From a bacterium (GTDB lineage: Bacteria; SZUA-182; DTGQ01; JAFGSM01), in contig JBLIRP010000024.1 of NCBI GenBank assembly GCA_049472355.1, forward strand, positions 1 to 44,152: a stretch of DNA of 44,152 bases, written 5' to 3'. Within the stretch, counting starts at the first letter, position 1. Each line of letters opens with the position of its first letter. Under the pieces are notes generated by a model. The model did not search any database. It was not told the DNA's origin and saw only the letters and a list, made by a program, of their open reading frames with translations. A program made the position numbers and the translations under genes. Shown piece after piece: positions 1-9,876 of this stretch.

Positions 1-1119
1 GAGATTATGCTCCCCGTAGGGCGCCCGCCAAAACGGGGCCATCCGCTGCCCGGTTATCTCGAAGAACGCCTTCTCCGCCCGCTTGATCTGGCTTTGGACA
101 AACTCCTTGTTGACCCAGGGAAGGGTTTCGAAGCGCATCTGCGGGGTAAGACGGGCGAAGTGGGGGTGGGTGTCGGTGTGGTTTCCGATCTCATGCCCAT
201 CCTCAACCATCATTTTCACCAGATCGGAGTGATTCCTGATGAAATCCCCGGTAAGAAAGAAGGTGCACGGCACCTCAAATTTCCTCAATGTGGCCAGGAT
301 CTCAGGGGCGCACGATGCTGAGGCGCCTCCGTCGAATGTCAGGCACACCAGGGGCCTTTCAAACCCTCCCCGGGTAATGTTCATGCCTCGCTCGGTAATA
401 AGGCGATTGGGACCAACGTACAGTTCCACCTTGTTGGAGGGGATGACATATCCCTCCAGATCGTGGGCCAGGACCTCGATGAAATTTTTCCCTGACATGA
501 GGGCAATCCTCGGGAAGAAAAAGGTGCCGTTCGCACAGGTCGTGGCCTCATACAGTGCGTCATTCAAATACAATGCGCATATCGACCCCTCGGGGGCCTG
601 GCCCGAGACGCCCACCGTCCTTTGAGGGCCCGGAGGATATTCCCGTATGAGGGAGATCTTGATCCTCTCCTTGATTTCCCTGACCCGCGCCTCCTCAATC
701 GCAGGGGACCCCGGGGGCGCGCCCCGGTCTCTTTCCATGGGCGAGTGCGACATCTGGAGGGAAAACGGATACCTCAGCCCGAGCGGCACCTCAACGGTCG
801 CCTCGGTGACAGGCGGCAGCTCCGGCCGATTTGTAAACGGGTTGAACAGGATACCAAACATGATGGTGAGGAAAAGAGAAAGCACCGAGCCCGCGAGAAG
901 CCCCGCAGACCATCCCTTCTTTCGATGAAAGAGCACCCGTGCCTTTCGTGCCCTGCGCAGAAGGGTGATCCGCATAACACACCAGTGGTAATGCCAGAGA
1001 CATCTCCAACTGCAAAAGGTCTTGCCGCGAAATCCCAAGGACCGCCCTTCACCTATCGGTATCCAGCAATGAAGGCAATAGCGGCCGGGTTCCTTCTCAG
1101 GGTACTCACGAAAAAACAT
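1..1119 (-). CDS. Membrane-anchored polysaccharide deacetylase (NodB/CE4) with N-terminal Cys-rich Zn-finger-like motif; 3' end outside window
   Basis: Not in the ORF track because it runs off the edge. Manual translation from ATG 1119: MFFREYPEKEPGRYCLHC...FCSWRC, TM (GLLAGSVLSLFLTIMFGILF), beta-rich segment, then VCLTFDGG, TFFLTG, GHEIGNHTDTHPH, FWRAPYGE (CE4 motifs). Confidence 0.85.
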   Translation of the reverse strand, partial: MFFREYPEKEPGRYCLHCWIPIGEGRSLGFRGKTFCSWRCLWHYHWCVMRITLLRRARKARVLFHRKKGWSAGLLAGSVLSLFLTIMFGILFNPFTNRPELPPVTEATVEVPLGLRYPFSLQMSHSPMERDRGAPPGSPAIEEARVREIKERIKISLIREYPPGPQRTVGVSGQAPEGSICALYLNDALYEATTCANGTFFFPRIALMSGKNFIEVLAHDLEGYVIPSNKVELYVGPNRLITERGMNITRGGFERPLVCLTFDGGASASCAPEILATLRKFEVPCTFFLTGDFIRNHSDLVKMMVEDGHEIGNHTDTHPHFARLTPQMRFETLPWVNKEFVQSQIKRAEKAFFEITGQRMAPFWRAPYGEHNL

Positions 1120-1149
1120 GTCTCACGATTTCATGCCCCCTTGTGGAGA

Positions 1150-3894
1150 TTAGAGGGCTTCCTCTGAATTCTTGTCAACGCCCTTATGTGCAATGAGGCT
1201 GCTCAGCCTCTTTTCTGCCTGGTTTGCCATGTCGGTGCGTGTCGAAAGCTCCTTGATGCGCGCCTCCGCTTCGGCAATCGAGAATTGCAGGCGATCCGCC
1301 TTTTGCGTTGCCTGTTCTATAATCTTTTCCTGGGCCTTGAGGTTTTCGAGCTTCACCCCTACATCCTCCGACAAGAGGTCGATGGCCTTCAATTTCTCGT
1401 CGGACTCGTTGATGAGCTGGGCATATTTAACAATCCCCTTGGTCTTCTGGTTGAGATCATTGATGAGCCCTTTGATCTCCTTCATATCCGCCTTCATTCG
1501 TTTCAGGTTTTCGTCCTCGTCCCTCATCGCCTTGAGTTGTGCAACGGTTTCACCCTGGAGCTTTTTGAGCCCGTCCAGCTCCTTCCTCATCTTTTCGAGT
1601 GCCTTGTTCTCCTTCATACAGCTTTCCATCTGTACGTTCAAATTCGCTACCATGCCGGAAAACTGCTTCGCCTTCTGCTCTATGGAAATGATCTCCTCAT
1701 GCCTTTCGGCAATCGCCCCGGTCTTTTCCTCCATCTGCCCGGCAATGATCTTCAACTCGTTCATCTTCTTATCAAAAAGGTCGATCTCGCGGGATGCCTC
1801 GCGCATCTTTTTCACCTTTTGATCCACGTCCTCGTTCATGTCGTGGAACCGGACCAGCTTCGCCTCAAGGATTTCCTCCATGGTTGTGCGTCGCTCATCG
1901 ATCGTGGAAAGGGTTTGTTCGGTGAGCGCGAGGCGTCCTTCCACCGCCCTGATTTCTTCCTGCACCTTGTCGCCTATCCCGCTGAAGGATGCAACCTTCC
2001 GGTCGAACGCTTCAAGGGCCTCCGCCTGTTTTGCAAGCATGGCCTGGGTCCCGGAAAGGCCCTCCCGTATCGAATCGAGGTCATCGCGGTGTTTGAGGGC
2101 ATCCTTTTCCCTCTTCCGGACCTCATCCATGACCAGCTCCAGGTGATGGACCTGCTCCGTGGCCTGCTCGATCTCCTGGCGCGTGGTGAGAAACTCCTGG
2201 GAGTAATTGCGGATCTGCACAGTCATCGCGTTAAGCCCGTCAAACTTCGCCTCCAGTTTTTCGATGAGCTGCATCTGATCGGTCAGGGAGGCGATCCTCC
2301 CCTCGATGGCCTGTGAGAGAAACTCGAGTTTCTGCATCCCCTCCTGGGCACGCTGCAGGTCCTCAGCCCTTTTTACCACCGCCTCCTCTTTCCTGTCAAG
2401 CTCCGACGACAGGTCCCGAAGGCGCCCTATCTTTTCTTCAACCTCGATGATGTGAGGCACCTGGGAGAGGAATTCATCGATCCGCCTTCCTATATCCGAG
2501 ATCGTGCCCCCCAGATTGTCCATCCTGCCCTGGATGTCAAGGAGTTTTGCATCCCTCGTCACCAGCTCTTCCATCCGTTTATTGGCGCCGTCCGCAAGCA
2601 TCTCGATCTTCTGAAAGCCCTCCTTTGCATCCCCTATGCGATCGGCATGCCGCTTGACCGCCTCGATCTCGTCCTTGATGCCATTCAGGGTCTCGGTGAA
2701 TTGCCTGGAGCGCGCCTCCATATGGTTGAGCCCCGTGGTGAGGGAGGAAAACGCCATCTCCTTCGATTCGAGTTTATTCGCCTCGTCCTCCAGGGAATGG
2801 ATCCTGTCCGCAAAGGATTCGAGGAGATCCGAATAGTGGGAGAGGGACCTGGAACGTTTGTCCAGGTCATCCGATTTCTCCTTCAACTCCTCCATCCTCG
2901 CGGTTATCCCCTGGAGATGTTCCTCTGCGCGTTCGACCCGGGACATCTTTTGATCAAGGTCCCTCAGTCGTTCCTCCACGCGGACGATGTTGCGGTCGGC
3001 CTTTTTGATCAGCTTGTTCTCTTCGGACAGCTTGTTGATCTTGGCCTCCATGTCCCAGAAAAGAACATTCAACTTCCCCGCCTCTTCATTGGCCTTTTCA
3101 ACGATGATGCGTTGCTGTGAGAGGCTCTGAAGCTTCGATTTGATATATTCAGCCATGGAATTCAGGCTCTCGATCTTCTGTTTGGTGATCTCATACACAT
3201 GCCGGTTTTTTTCGACGGAGGCAAAGCGCTCTTCCACCGCATCGAGATTCTTGGCAAAGCCCTTTATCCTGCCCTCAAGGTCCTCCAGGTTCTCGATGAC
3301 GCCGTCACGCCGCGCGGAAAGCCGCGACACCTCCTCCGACCGTGCCTTGATCGTCGCGCCCATTTCCTCGATGCTCGCCAGGGACTTCTCGATCGTCGCT
3401 CGTTTCGCGTCAATTGACTTGAGACTCTTTTCGAGGGTCTCACTGCGCGAGAACTGCTCCTGGATGCTTCGCGTCATATCCTCGAAGGGCACATTGAGCT
3501 GCTTCACCGTGCGCGACAGTTCCTCCAGTCGATCCTTCTCCCGCATCACCACGGCAATGCGCTCCTCAAATTCCTGTGTGAACTGGCGCATACCCTCGGT
3601 CTGGGCGCGGAGTTCGTCGATTTCCCCTTTGAAATCCAGTATCTTCGCAATGTTCTCCTCAGTCATTTCAGCGGTAAACTTGAGGGTTTCAAGACGCTTT
3701 TCCACCCTGACCAAGAGCTCGCTGTTGTGAGAAAACTCCTCTGTCTGGGCCCTCATCTCCTCCAGCAGGTCCTGAAAGTGCATCTCTTCCTGTTTGGATT
3801 CATCCAGCAGGTTCTCCAGCGAAACAACATGCTGCTCAATGGCCTGGGAAAGCTCTTCCGGGGAAATCTCTTTAACCTTTACCTTTTTTGCCAT
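1150..3894 (-). CDS. Large soluble coiled-coil protein, 914 aa, unknown function
   Basis: E/K/L-rich helical sequence throughout; no TM, signal peptide or Walker A; AGGAGA upstream of the ATG. Confidence 0.85.
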   Translation of the reverse strand: MAKKVKVKEISPEELSQAIEQHVVSLENLLDESKQEEMHFQDLLEEMRAQTEEFSHNSELLVRVEKRLETLKFTAEMTEENIAKILDFKGEIDELRAQTEGMRQFTQEFEERIAVVMREKDRLEELSRTVKQLNVPFEDMTRSIQEQFSRSETLEKSLKSIDAKRATIEKSLASIEEMGATIKARSEEVSRLSARRDGVIENLEDLEGRIKGFAKNLDAVEERFASVEKNRHVYEITKQKIESLNSMAEYIKSKLQSLSQQRIIVEKANEEAGKLNVLFWDMEAKINKLSEENKLIKKADRNIVRVEERLRDLDQKMSRVERAEEHLQGITARMEELKEKSDDLDKRSRSLSHYSDLLESFADRIHSLEDEANKLESKEMAFSSLTTGLNHMEARSRQFTETLNGIKDEIEAVKRHADRIGDAKEGFQKIEMLADGANKRMEELVTRDAKLLDIQGRMDNLGGTISDIGRRIDEFLSQVPHIIEVEEKIGRLRDLSSELDRKEEAVVKRAEDLQRAQEGMQKLEFLSQAIEGRIASLTDQMQLIEKLEAKFDGLNAMTVQIRNYSQEFLTTRQEIEQATEQVHHLELVMDEVRKREKDALKHRDDLDSIREGLSGTQAMLAKQAEALEAFDRKVASFSGIGDKVQEEIRAVEGRLALTEQTLSTIDERRTTMEEILEAKLVRFHDMNEDVDQKVKKMREASREIDLFDKKMNELKIIAGQMEEKTGAIAERHEEIISIEQKAKQFSGMVANLNVQMESCMKENKALEKMRKELDGLKKLQGETVAQLKAMRDEDENLKRMKADMKEIKGLINDLNQKTKGIVKYAQLINESDEKLKAIDLLSEDVGVKLENLKAQEKIIEQATQKADRLQFSIAEAEARIKELSTRTDMANQAEKRLSSLIAHKGVDKNSEEAL

Positions 3895-4152
3895 GAGCTG
3901 TCTCCTTTTGCATTCATTCTGAACCTATCTCTATCCCTATCTGTTATTCGGCCATTTTACCCGCAGGAGGACGAGCGGCATTCACCGTTCAATGCATTTG
4001 CCTGTATGCAGGGGTCATTTTAAAGGCCCGAACAAAAACCGCCGAAGAAGGGGCGGATTCGTCCTTGGGCAGTCAGGCGCCATTGTACAATCCATGAGCA
4101 TTGAATGGCTCATAGTAGCATAGCAATAGAGGGGACGCAAGGTGCGGGGAAT

Positions 4153-4365
4153 CAACCAAACTTGTGCGGCGGAGCAACCAAGCTTGCCAGGCGGAGCGAA
4201 GCGGAGCACTATGCTGCCCCTCAGGCCACCAAAAGGGCCGCGACTTCACCAACCAAGCTTGCCAGGCGGAGCAACAAAACTTTGTGAGGCGGAGCGCAGC
4301 GAAGCACTATGCTGCCCCTCAGGCCACCAAAAGGGCCGCGACTTCAGCAACAAAACCTTGTGAGG
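4153..4365. repeat. Modular tandem intergenic repeat (A-A-B-A-A-B-A')
   Basis: A (22-23 bp, caaccaagcttgccaggcggag-like) at 4153, 4175, 4250, 4272 and 4348 (partial); B (53 bp, containing gcactatgctgcccctcaggccaccaaaagggccgcgacttca) at 4197 and 4295. Confidence 0.9.
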
Positions 4366-4369
4366 TTCA

Positions 4370-5320
4370 TCAATTATAGACCTTTTTGGCGATCTTCCTC
4401 AGGTCCGAAGGGATATCCAGACCCAGGTAGTAGGCGGTCCTCAGATTGATATACAGCTCGGGCTCGATTCGTGCGATCTCGACCTTGGATGGATTATCCA
4501 CCCGTTCAAGCGTCCGTATGACATCCGCGGCCGTTCTCCCCACTCGGTAGGGGTCGAATGCCATTGAGGCAAGGGCCCCCTTCTGGGGCCCGAAGATGCC
4601 GCCTCCTATGAGAGGGATCCTTCTCTGCAGGCATAGTTCCACGATCTGCTTCAGGTGATTCTCTATGACGACATCACGTGACACGGCATAGACCGCATCC
4701 ACCTGTTCGAATAATTCTAAGAGCAGTGTGTCGATGTCCGCTCCGTATCGGTCGATCGGCTGCTCGATCACGGTGAGGTGGGGTCGCAATGCGGCAAGGG
4801 CCTTTAATGAAAGGGCCTGCCTTTCACCATCGCATGACCCTTGGGTGTAGATCACGCCGATCCTTCTCATATCGGGAATGATCTTTTGATAGAGGGGAAG
4901 GACCTTTTGCCAGTCAAGCCCGCAATAGATCCCGGTGAAGTAGGCGCTCGGTTCTTCTATGTAGGTGTAGGCAACGACGGTAAGGCGGGAATCTTCACCC
5001 CTCTGGGCGAGAAATTCCTCAGCCTCGCAGGGGCCCATGATATAGACGAGATCCACGTCCCGGATAAGGGAAGGGGAGGCATATATCTTGGCGCTGTACT
5101 GCAGTCCGTTGTACACCATGCCATCCTTAATCCCCCGCAAATGGAGGTCGTACTCCTCGATCGTCTCGGTGCGAAGGATTGCAAGGACTTTTTCCTGTTT
5201 CGGAGGTTCTAAAGGGCCTTCCTGCACCATCGTCTTGATTGCCATGATCAGCACGACAAGAAGGCTCAACAGTATACCGCTTCGAATAAGAATAACCTTT
5301 AAAACCTTTTTCATTTCCAT
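4370..5320 (-). CDS. ABC_sub_bind-type substrate-binding protein with N-terminal membrane anchor
   Basis: FTGIY, IIPDMRRIGVIY, VDAVY, GALASMAFDPYRVGRTAA, LYINLRTAYYLGLDIP match the family; hydrophobic N-terminal helix. Confidence 0.8.
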   Translation of the reverse strand: MEMKKVLKVILIRSGILLSLLVVLIMAIKTMVQEGPLEPPKQEKVLAILRTETIEEYDLHLRGIKDGMVYNGLQYSAKIYASPSLIRDVDLVYIMGPCEAEEFLAQRGEDSRLTVVAYTYIEEPSAYFTGIYCGLDWQKVLPLYQKIIPDMRRIGVIYTQGSCDGERQALSLKALAALRPHLTVIEQPIDRYGADIDTLLLELFEQVDAVYAVSRDVVIENHLKQIVELCLQRRIPLIGGGIFGPQKGALASMAFDPYRVGRTAADVIRTLERVDNPSKVEIARIEPELYINLRTAYYLGLDIPSDLRKIAKKVYN

Positions 5321-5346
5321 AGATGCACCTTACCTGAAAAAAGGGA

Positions 5347-8304
5347 TTAAAGAAAAAATAAGGCCAAAATAAACGTTGAGAGAATGGTCAGCGTAATGGC
5401 CAGAATAATGGCAAATAAGGTCCTCAGGTACGGAATCCCCACGAGAATGACAATGATCACCGTGAGGGCGATCGCAATCCAACTGATGTAATTGCTGATG
5501 TCCCCGGTGTGGATCCGGGCGACCTTCTTGCATATGTTCAGAAACCACGAGCGTGAAAAATCACTCCGCTCCATCTTGATCTTTGACAGGTCCTCACTCC
5601 CGATCATACCGAAGAGCACCTTTTCCATCATGGTATCGTAGCTCTTTTCGAGGTTCGTAAACTTCTTCAGAAAGTCGGAGGTCAGGATGCTCCCGTCGGC
5701 ACGGGCCACCATTCCCCAGAATATCTTGCTGAAGATCACCTTGTCCACCATCCCGTCGAACTTGCTGTCCGCGGAGGTGACCTTCCCGAAAACCCCCTTC
5801 TCCCCTATTGCCTTATCCACCGACCCGGAAAGCTTCTCATCCACATCCGAGATCCGGGTGAAAAGCCCCTTGTTGACCTTGTCCATGGACTCGGAGAAGC
5901 GTTCATCCGCATTCGATATCCGGGTGAAGAGATCCTTGGAGAGGATCGCCTTCTCCGTGGTCCGGGAAAATTTCTCATCCACCTTGCTGATGTGCTCAAA
6001 CAGGCCCTTTTCCTTTAATGCCCTCTCAATGGCCTCACCGTATTTCTGGTCGAACCGTGAGATATTTTCGAATAGGGCCGCCTTGTCACCCTTGCTCTGC
6101 TCCAGGGCCGAGAGATAATCCAGTATCCTCTTGTCATCCAGGTCTCCACGGGGGGAGATGACACTCTCCATCCGCAGGGGCGGGATCCACGAATATACCA
6201 TGCACTTGGCGATCACCAATTCACCTGCATATACAATGGTATTATACGCAAAGGAGCACAGCGAGAGGAACCCGCTGAACAATTGCCGGTAATATGTCTC
6301 CACCCGGTATTGCTCGGGGGTCTTGTATAAAAAGGCGCCGAATACCAGACCGGCGATGAGTATCACACCACCGATAAGGATTGCGGAGCTGCCGCCGACC
6401 AGATTATGCACAACCGCGCCGTCGGAGAGAACGGCCCGTGTGGTGGGATTGTACAGAAGAGGGATGATGGACCGGGGCGTCTCCGTTGCGTGGAGGTTAT
6501 AGATGATATGGTAGGCATGGGAATGGGGATTGAATCCGAAATAGGAGAGCATGGGCCCTATGAAATACTCCAGGAGCCAATTGGGAAAAAGCCCCATGAA
6601 CATGATAAAGGTGCCCAGGGTGCCCAAGGCGACCTTCATCGAGGTCGGCACAGGTGCGAGGTCCGCGTGCTCCTTGCGGCGTTTTCCCAGAAATATAAAG
6701 GAAAACAGCTTAAAATTGTAAGCAAACGTGCATCCGGCGGTCACGATGAAGATCCACTCCGCCAACCTCAGCCATTGATCGGGTTTCCCCATGATATGAA
6801 AGGAATGCTCGTATGCCTCCACAATGGCGTGGTGCAGCATGGTCTTGCTGGCGAAACCGTTGAAACCGGGGATCCCTGAAATGGCACACAGTCCCATCAG
6901 CATTACAAAGGCGGTGAGGGGCATGGAGCGCCACAATCCCCCCAGCTTCCGTATATCGGTCTCCCGGGTCCTGAAAAATACCGCCCCCACGCAGAGGAAG
7001 AGCGCCACCTTGAACACGGCATGGTTTATGATGTGATACCCGGAGCCTGCCAGGCCCATGGCGCCCTGGCTGCCCATGTAAGCGGCGCATCCGATGCCCA
7101 TGATGATGTACCCCATTTGGCTCACGCTCGAATACGCGAGCAACTTCAGGCTGTGGTGAGAAATGAGGGCATTCAGGGCGCCCAGGAACATGGTCATGAC
7201 GCCCAGCCAGATCAGTACGTGCCCGATGTGGGTGGTATCCAACCATAACATGGGGGAGGCCCACTTCCATAAGGTATCGCTGACCGGCATGCCCAAGGGC
7301 GAAAAGATCATATTCACGGTTCGGAAGATCCCGTAGGCCCCCACCTCGATCATGATCCCGGAGGAAAGCGCGGCAGTAAGGCAGGGCGCGCTTCCATAGG
7401 AACTCGGCATCCAGATATGCTCCAGGAATACCCCCGCCTTCCCTCCGAACCCGAGAATGAGCATCCCCGCCACCACATAGCGGGCCCAGGCGGGGCTGGA
7501 GGCAAGCGCGGCACCCAGGCTCCTTATCTCGACGGTCCCGGTCATATGGTAGAGCAGGAATATGCCGTACAGGAGAATCAGCCCGGTCGCCACCCCGAGG
7601 TAGAGATATACCTTCGATGCGGCGAGGGCCTGCTCATCCTCCCGGTGGATGACCATCAAGTAGAGGAACAGGAGGATACCCTCATAGAAGATGTACAGGG
7701 TAAAAAAGTCGCCTGCCATAAACGCCCCCAGGGTCACCGCAAGGCAGCAGCAGTTCGCCACGTTGTAGCGCTGTTGCCGCTCCTCCACCTGAAGGTATGA
7801 TTTGGAAAAGACGGCGACAATACACCAGATCAGGCAGGTGAAGATCACCAGGGACATGCTGACCGGATCAATCTTGAAGGTGAGGTTGAACCCGAACTGG
7901 GGAAGGAAGGGGACTTCGGAATATATCCCCTTCATGAGCACCCCTTGTTTGACGATCCCCTTTACCACGGGATTGTAAAGCAGCAGGCTCACCGCGAACG
8001 AAATCCCGGTCAGTGCGATCAGGACGTTCCCGCCGGGACGGTCCTTCGGCAGAAATGCCAAAAGGATGCCGCCGATCAGGGGAACAAGGATGAGCCAGAT
8101 CGGGATCATGGAATTGACACTGCCGCCGGGGGTTATCTCGTCGTAGGGGACCCCGCCGCCTTCATCATGGTGCGGGGCTTCATGCTGCACCTCCTGGCGA
8201 GCGGCATGTGATGCCGGGGTATGGGCACATGAAGCAAGACCCGGGGCACCCCCGATCACCAGGCATACCACCAGGATACACAACACAAGATACTTCGTTC
8301 TCAT
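5347..8304 (-). CDS. Proton-conducting antiporter-like subunit (MrpA/NuoL/HyfB-like) with long repeat-containing C-terminal helix and terminal TM helices
   Basis: DFFTLYIFYE, GFGGKAGVFLEHIWMP, LLAYSSVSQMGY, HIINHAVFK, PGFNGFASK; C-terminal HTGDISNY+TM resembles the NuoL QTG..xY end. Start chosen at MRTKYL (ORF track starts at 8349). Confidence 0.85.
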   Translation of the reverse strand: MRTKYLVLCILVVCLVIGGAPGLASCAHTPASHAARQEVQHEAPHHDEGGGVPYDEITPGGSVNSMIPIWLILVPLIGGILLAFLPKDRPGGNVLIALTGISFAVSLLLYNPVVKGIVKQGVLMKGIYSEVPFLPQFGFNLTFKIDPVSMSLVIFTCLIWCIVAVFSKSYLQVEERQQRYNVANCCCLAVTLGAFMAGDFFTLYIFYEGILLFLYLMVIHREDEQALAASKVYLYLGVATGLILLYGIFLLYHMTGTVEIRSLGAALASSPAWARYVVAGMLILGFGGKAGVFLEHIWMPSSYGSAPCLTAALSSGIMIEVGAYGIFRTVNMIFSPLGMPVSDTLWKWASPMLWLDTTHIGHVLIWLGVMTMFLGALNALISHHSLKLLAYSSVSQMGYIIMGIGCAAYMGSQGAMGLAGSGYHIINHAVFKVALFLCVGAVFFRTRETDIRKLGGLWRSMPLTAFVMLMGLCAISGIPGFNGFASKTMLHHAIVEAYEHSFHIMGKPDQWLRLAEWIFIVTAGCTFAYNFKLFSFIFLGKRRKEHADLAPVPTSMKVALGTLGTFIMFMGLFPNWLLEYFIGPMLSYFGFNPHSHAYHIIYNLHATETPRSIIPLLYNPTTRAVLSDGAVVHNLVGGSSAILIGGVILIAGLVFGAFLYKTPEQYRVETYYRQLFSGFLSLCSFAYNTIVYAGELVIAKCMVYSWIPPLRMESVISPRGDLDDKRILDYLSALEQSKGDKAALFENISRFDQKYGEAIERALKEKGLFEHISKVDEKFSRTTEKAILSKDLFTRISNADERFSESMDKVNKGLFTRISDVDEKLSGSVDKAIGEKGVFGKVTSADSKFDGMVDKVIFSKIFWGMVARADGSILTSDFLKKFTNLEKSYDTMMEKVLFGMIGSEDLSKIKMERSDFSRSWFLNICKKVARIHTGDISNYISWIAIALTVIIVILVGIPYLRTLFAIILAITLTILSTFILALFFL

Positions 8305-8376
8305 CGTGGTCACCTTACAACAATCCTCTCGAAGCATTTTGGGACGCATTGTGTGCCGATGCGCCGTTTCATTGTT

Positions 8377-9876
8377 TCAAAACAACATGCTGCTAATCTG
8401 CCTGGCAAGCCTCAGGGGGAAGCCGGGAAGGATCCCGAACACCAGCGTCGCCATGGCCAGGATGAAGATGGGAATCAGCATGTTCGGTTCAGGATCGAGC
8501 GTGGTCTCGGTCCCCTTCTGTGACGCCGAGGGATCCCCCCCCCTTTCAAACCAGGCCCCGTACACAATAGGGCCGTAGTATACGAGATTCATGAAGCTGC
8601 TCAGGATGAGCACGCCCACCGCCGTAATGCCCACCCACTGGGCATATGAGCCTACCTTGGCGGACTCGAGCGCACCCAGTGCCAAAAACCACTTGCTGAT
8701 GAAGCCGTTAAAGGGCGGAAGCCCGATCATGGAGAGCGCGGCAAAGGAAAAGCAAAGGGTGACAATGGGCATCCGTTTCCCTATCCCCTTCAACTCGGGC
8801 AGATACCTCATCCCGGTTTGTTTGATGAAGGAGCCTGCGCACAAAAAGAGGGCGGCCTTGATGATGGCGTGGTTGAATATGTGCACCAACCCGCCCAAAA
8901 GGCCTGTGGGCGAAAGCAGGGCAACGCCCAGGATAATGTATCCGATCTGCGATACGCTCGAGTACCCGAGCAGTCTCTTGATGTCGGTCTGGTTGATGGC
9001 AGCGGCGGACCCCACAAAAATGGAGAGCAGGGCCATGGCGAGGAGCAACCCGGCGAGCGCGCTCCCCTTCATCACCGTGCTCCCCATGATACTGTAAAGG
9101 GTTCGAATGATCCCATAGGCGCCCGCCTTTATCATGACCCCGGAGGACAGGGCCACCGCGCAGGTCGGGGCCTCCGGATACGCCGAGGGCATCCAGAAGT
9201 GCAGGGGGAATATCCCCGCCTTGACCCCGAATCCTATGATATACCCGGCAAAAATCAACGGGAGGAACGGGGAGCCCTTCAATCCGAATCCCACCATGGA
9301 AAGGTCAATGGTGCCGGAAAGGGAATAGGTGAGGAGTATGGAAAGAAGCAGGATAAGGCCACCCGAGATGCCCATGAATATGTATATAAGCCCGCCCTTC
9401 AACGCCACCTTGGTCTGTTCATGGGCCATGAGCATGAAGGAGGCGACACTGAGGATCTCGAAAAAGATATAGAGACTGAACAGATCACCGGTGAAAACAA
9501 CGCCGAGCATTCCCACAAGGGTCAGAAGGGAGAACGCATCGTAGCGGACCGTGGAATGCCCCCCCTTCATGAATCCGATGGCGTAGAAGCTCCCCAGCAT
9601 CCAGATGACGGCGGCGATTATCCCCACAAAGAATCCCAGTCCGTCCACCCTGAGGGAAATCCCTACGGGAAGGCCGGTGGAGAGTGAATACACCAGCACC
9701 CGCCCCGACCTGATGTAAGGATACATGAATCCGACGCTTATCGCCGACGCCAGCGTCGTCAGGGCGGTAAAGCGGTCCGCCTGCCCGGGGAGGAATCGCT
9801 CCACCCACTGCACGGCAACCGCACCGATTAGTGGAAATGCCAAGGCCACGACGGGCAGTATGCTCTGATAATTCAT
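8377..9876 (-). CDS. MrpD/MbhH-like antiporter subunit
   Basis: GDLFSLYIFFE, GFGVKAGIFPLHFWMP, KRLLGYSSVSQIGY, NHAIIKAALF, GLPPFNGFISKW. Confidence 0.9.
   Translation of the reverse strand: MNYQSILPVVALAFPLIGAVAVQWVERFLPGQADRFTALTTLASAISVGFMYPYIRSGRVLVYSLSTGLPVGISLRVDGLGFFVGIIAAVIWMLGSFYAIGFMKGGHSTVRYDAFSLLTLVGMLGVVFTGDLFSLYIFFEILSVASFMLMAHEQTKVALKGGLIYIFMGISGGLILLLSILLTYSLSGTIDLSMVGFGLKGSPFLPLIFAGYIIGFGVKAGIFPLHFWMPSAYPEAPTCAVALSSGVMIKAGAYGIIRTLYSIMGSTVMKGSALAGLLLAMALLSIFVGSAAAINQTDIKRLLGYSSVSQIGYIILGVALLSPTGLLGGLVHIFNHAIIKAALFLCAGSFIKQTGMRYLPELKGIGKRMPIVTLCFSFAALSMIGLPPFNGFISKWFLALGALESAKVGSYAQWVGITAVGVLILSSFMNLVYYGPIVYGAWFERGGDPSASQKGTETTLDPEPNMLIPIFILAMATLVFGILPGFPLRLARQISSMLF

Noticed and set aside
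1123..1134. ATG 1134 as deacetylase start
   Set aside because: Reads ATG AAA TCG TGA; the open frame begins at ATG 1119
1150..3894. SMC/SbcC ATPase or chemoreceptor
   Set aside because: No Walker motifs, hinge, TM or MCP signalling hairpin
4125..4150. c-di-GMP-I riboswitch (ggggacgcaag)
   Set aside because: Only a short match; no GAAA-capped stem, and the orientation is opposite to the flanking genes
4153..4365. CRISPR array
   Set aside because: The segments between repeats are themselves near-identical, unit lengths are irregular and there are no cas genes
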